The translations under genes and the position numbers were made by a program. Positions 62,368 through 64,000 of a stretch of 64,000 nucleotides of DNA are shown here, in pieces. How positions within the stretch are numbered: position 1 is the first letter of the stretch; every line of letters begins with the position of its first letter. The notes beneath the pieces are model-generated. The model was not told where the DNA came from, did no database searches, and saw only the letters and a list, made by a program, of their open reading frames with translations. Source of the stretch: Eledone cirrhosa (taxonomy: Eukaryota); assembly GCA_964016885.1 (NCBI GenBank), contig OZ024742.1, forward strand, positions 221,216,001 through 221,280,000, written 5' to 3'.

Positions 62368-62686
62368 CACATGGCTTAGTGGTTAGAGCATTGGCCTTGC
62401 AATCGAAAGGTTGTGAGTTCAATTCTCAGACTGGGTGATGTGTTGTTTCCTTGAGCAAGACACTTTATTTCACATTGCTCCAGTTTACTCAGCTGTAGAA
62501 ATGAGATGATAGGGACTGGGGTCCTTATCATTCTACTGCAAAGTGGTCGTGGAGGTGCCATGGCAAAAAAGCACCCAGCACTCACTGTAAATGAGGTTGG
62601 TGTTAGGAAGGGCATCCAGCATCAGTTCCCGTCCCACCCTTGCAAGCAGGGAAAAGCGGACGTAAAATAAAATGATGATGATGATG
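62368..62686 (+). mobile_element. Young tRNA-CORE-RTE-tail SINE
   Basis: TGGCTTAGTGGTTAGAGC A box, GAGTTCAATTC B box, CORE-like TCCTTGAGCAAGACACTT, AGGAAGGGCATCC, (ATG)n tail. Confidence 0.9.
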
Positions 62687-64000
62687 ACACAGAAACAAAC
62701 ATACATACAGACTATATGTAAGACTCATTATACAACAAACAACCTGTATGTAAACAGACACATTTATGTAGAAATTTAACATTCTCCTCTGCCTCCTCAT
62801 TGCATGCTTCATGAAAGGTTTCATACTCATCATGGGGTCCTTTTCGAGGCACGTTTTACAGTTGGATGCTCATCCTGGTGCCAACTCATTTAGTTGTCTT
62901 TTATGACACAAGTGCGTTGTACCTATTTTATACTGAATACACACAGTGAGGCAAAGTTTTATGGCCAGATGCCCTTCCTGGTGCCAACCCACTTTTAGTC
63001 CCCTCTTACAATATGCAGGAATATGGTGTACCTGTTCTAAACCAGATACAGTTATATATAGAAAAAAAACAAAAAACAGGCATCTTCCAAGATTCACATG
63101 TCCTGCTGACATTTACACATTAAAATACTAACCGAGAAGGAAGAATTCATTCTTATTGTTTTTTCTTTCTTCTGGATTTTTTCATATCAAACCAAATACA
63201 TCACTGCTGATGAGAAGTTAATGAGGGAACCTGTATGTGTTTGAGATGTTTGACAAGTTAGAAATAGCAGCCAAATCTTCAAACCACACACTACTATCTT
63301 GGCTGTTTTGATATTAAACTGGCTGAAACCATCTCTGATTCTTCAATACTAAACCTTTAAAAGTGTTTTTATATTTATCTGAAAACTTTACCAGCATAAT
63401 AATGAGAAAGCTAATCATATTACTAAATTCCTCCAAATCCCAGATTACAGAGTTAACCTCCAGTTACTGTTAGTATTCATAGCTGATTCATAGCAATTAT
63501 TTGAAAATCATAAGCAGTGCCTTTTATTACAAATATGAAAGGGTTAAAATGTTTATATTTATCTGAAAACCTTGCACCATAATTTAATGTAAAAATGTTT
63601 GCATTGTTGGAACACGGACGTTAAACGTTGATGATGATTGTTCTCACCAGCATGATATGAGAAAGTTAGTTATATTATTAAATCAGTCCAAATTCTTATT
63701 TTCATAATTATTTTGTCATAGGCAGTATTTTTTATTACAAATATGCTGAAGTTAATAAAAAGGTTAATATGAAAAAGGATACATTGGTTAATGTGATTCT
63801 AGTCAAACTATATTCTTTTATTGGTTTCATGCTGGAGCACTGCTACAATAGGATTTAGTCAATCATATTGAACCCCAGTAATTTCAAGTCTGGTGCCTAT
63901 TTTATTGGTATGTTATCATAACACCTAGCTATGAGCCATAAAAACAGTAAACAAACACACATATATAACAGGCTTTTATACAGTTTCTGCCTACTAAATC

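Noticed and set aside
62715-62840. Upstream RCN2 exon (acidic minus-strand frame GPHDEYETFHEACNEEAEEN)
   Set aside because: No signal peptide or DHEAxLG-type motif and no convincing splice sites. The first exon probably lies beyond 64000 or was not recognisable.

Overview
Eukaryotic, AT-rich animal DNA, most likely an octopod cephalopod, judged from the SINE families with (CAT)n tails and the RTE/CR1 LINE relics. Bases 1-43.3 kb are a nested tandem structure: seven arrays of a 44-47-bp hairpin-forming satellite alternate with copies of a 2.1-3-kb spacer. Each complete spacer carries one or two ~90-100-nt Pol III-type units with a TATA at about -30, a TAGCCGTGTGGTTACTTCG 5' block, a GAC(C/T)A(C/T)TGGCGC 3' block, a closing stem and a T4-6 terminator. 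These match the conserved ends and fold of vertebrate vault RNAs, giving 8 putative vault RNA genes in 3 subtypes; this is the main candidate novelty. The satellite appears to be an expanded minisatellite from the 3' UTR of a local RTE LINE/SINE family. Bases 46.1-55.0 kb hold the last four exons of a minus-strand reticulocalbin-2-like (CREC) gene with six EF-hands and a C-terminal HEEL. Its introns contain Gypsy, RTE and CR1 relics and SINEs. Its 5' exon(s) were not found in the window. Nearly all ORFs in the supplied track are artefacts of repeats.
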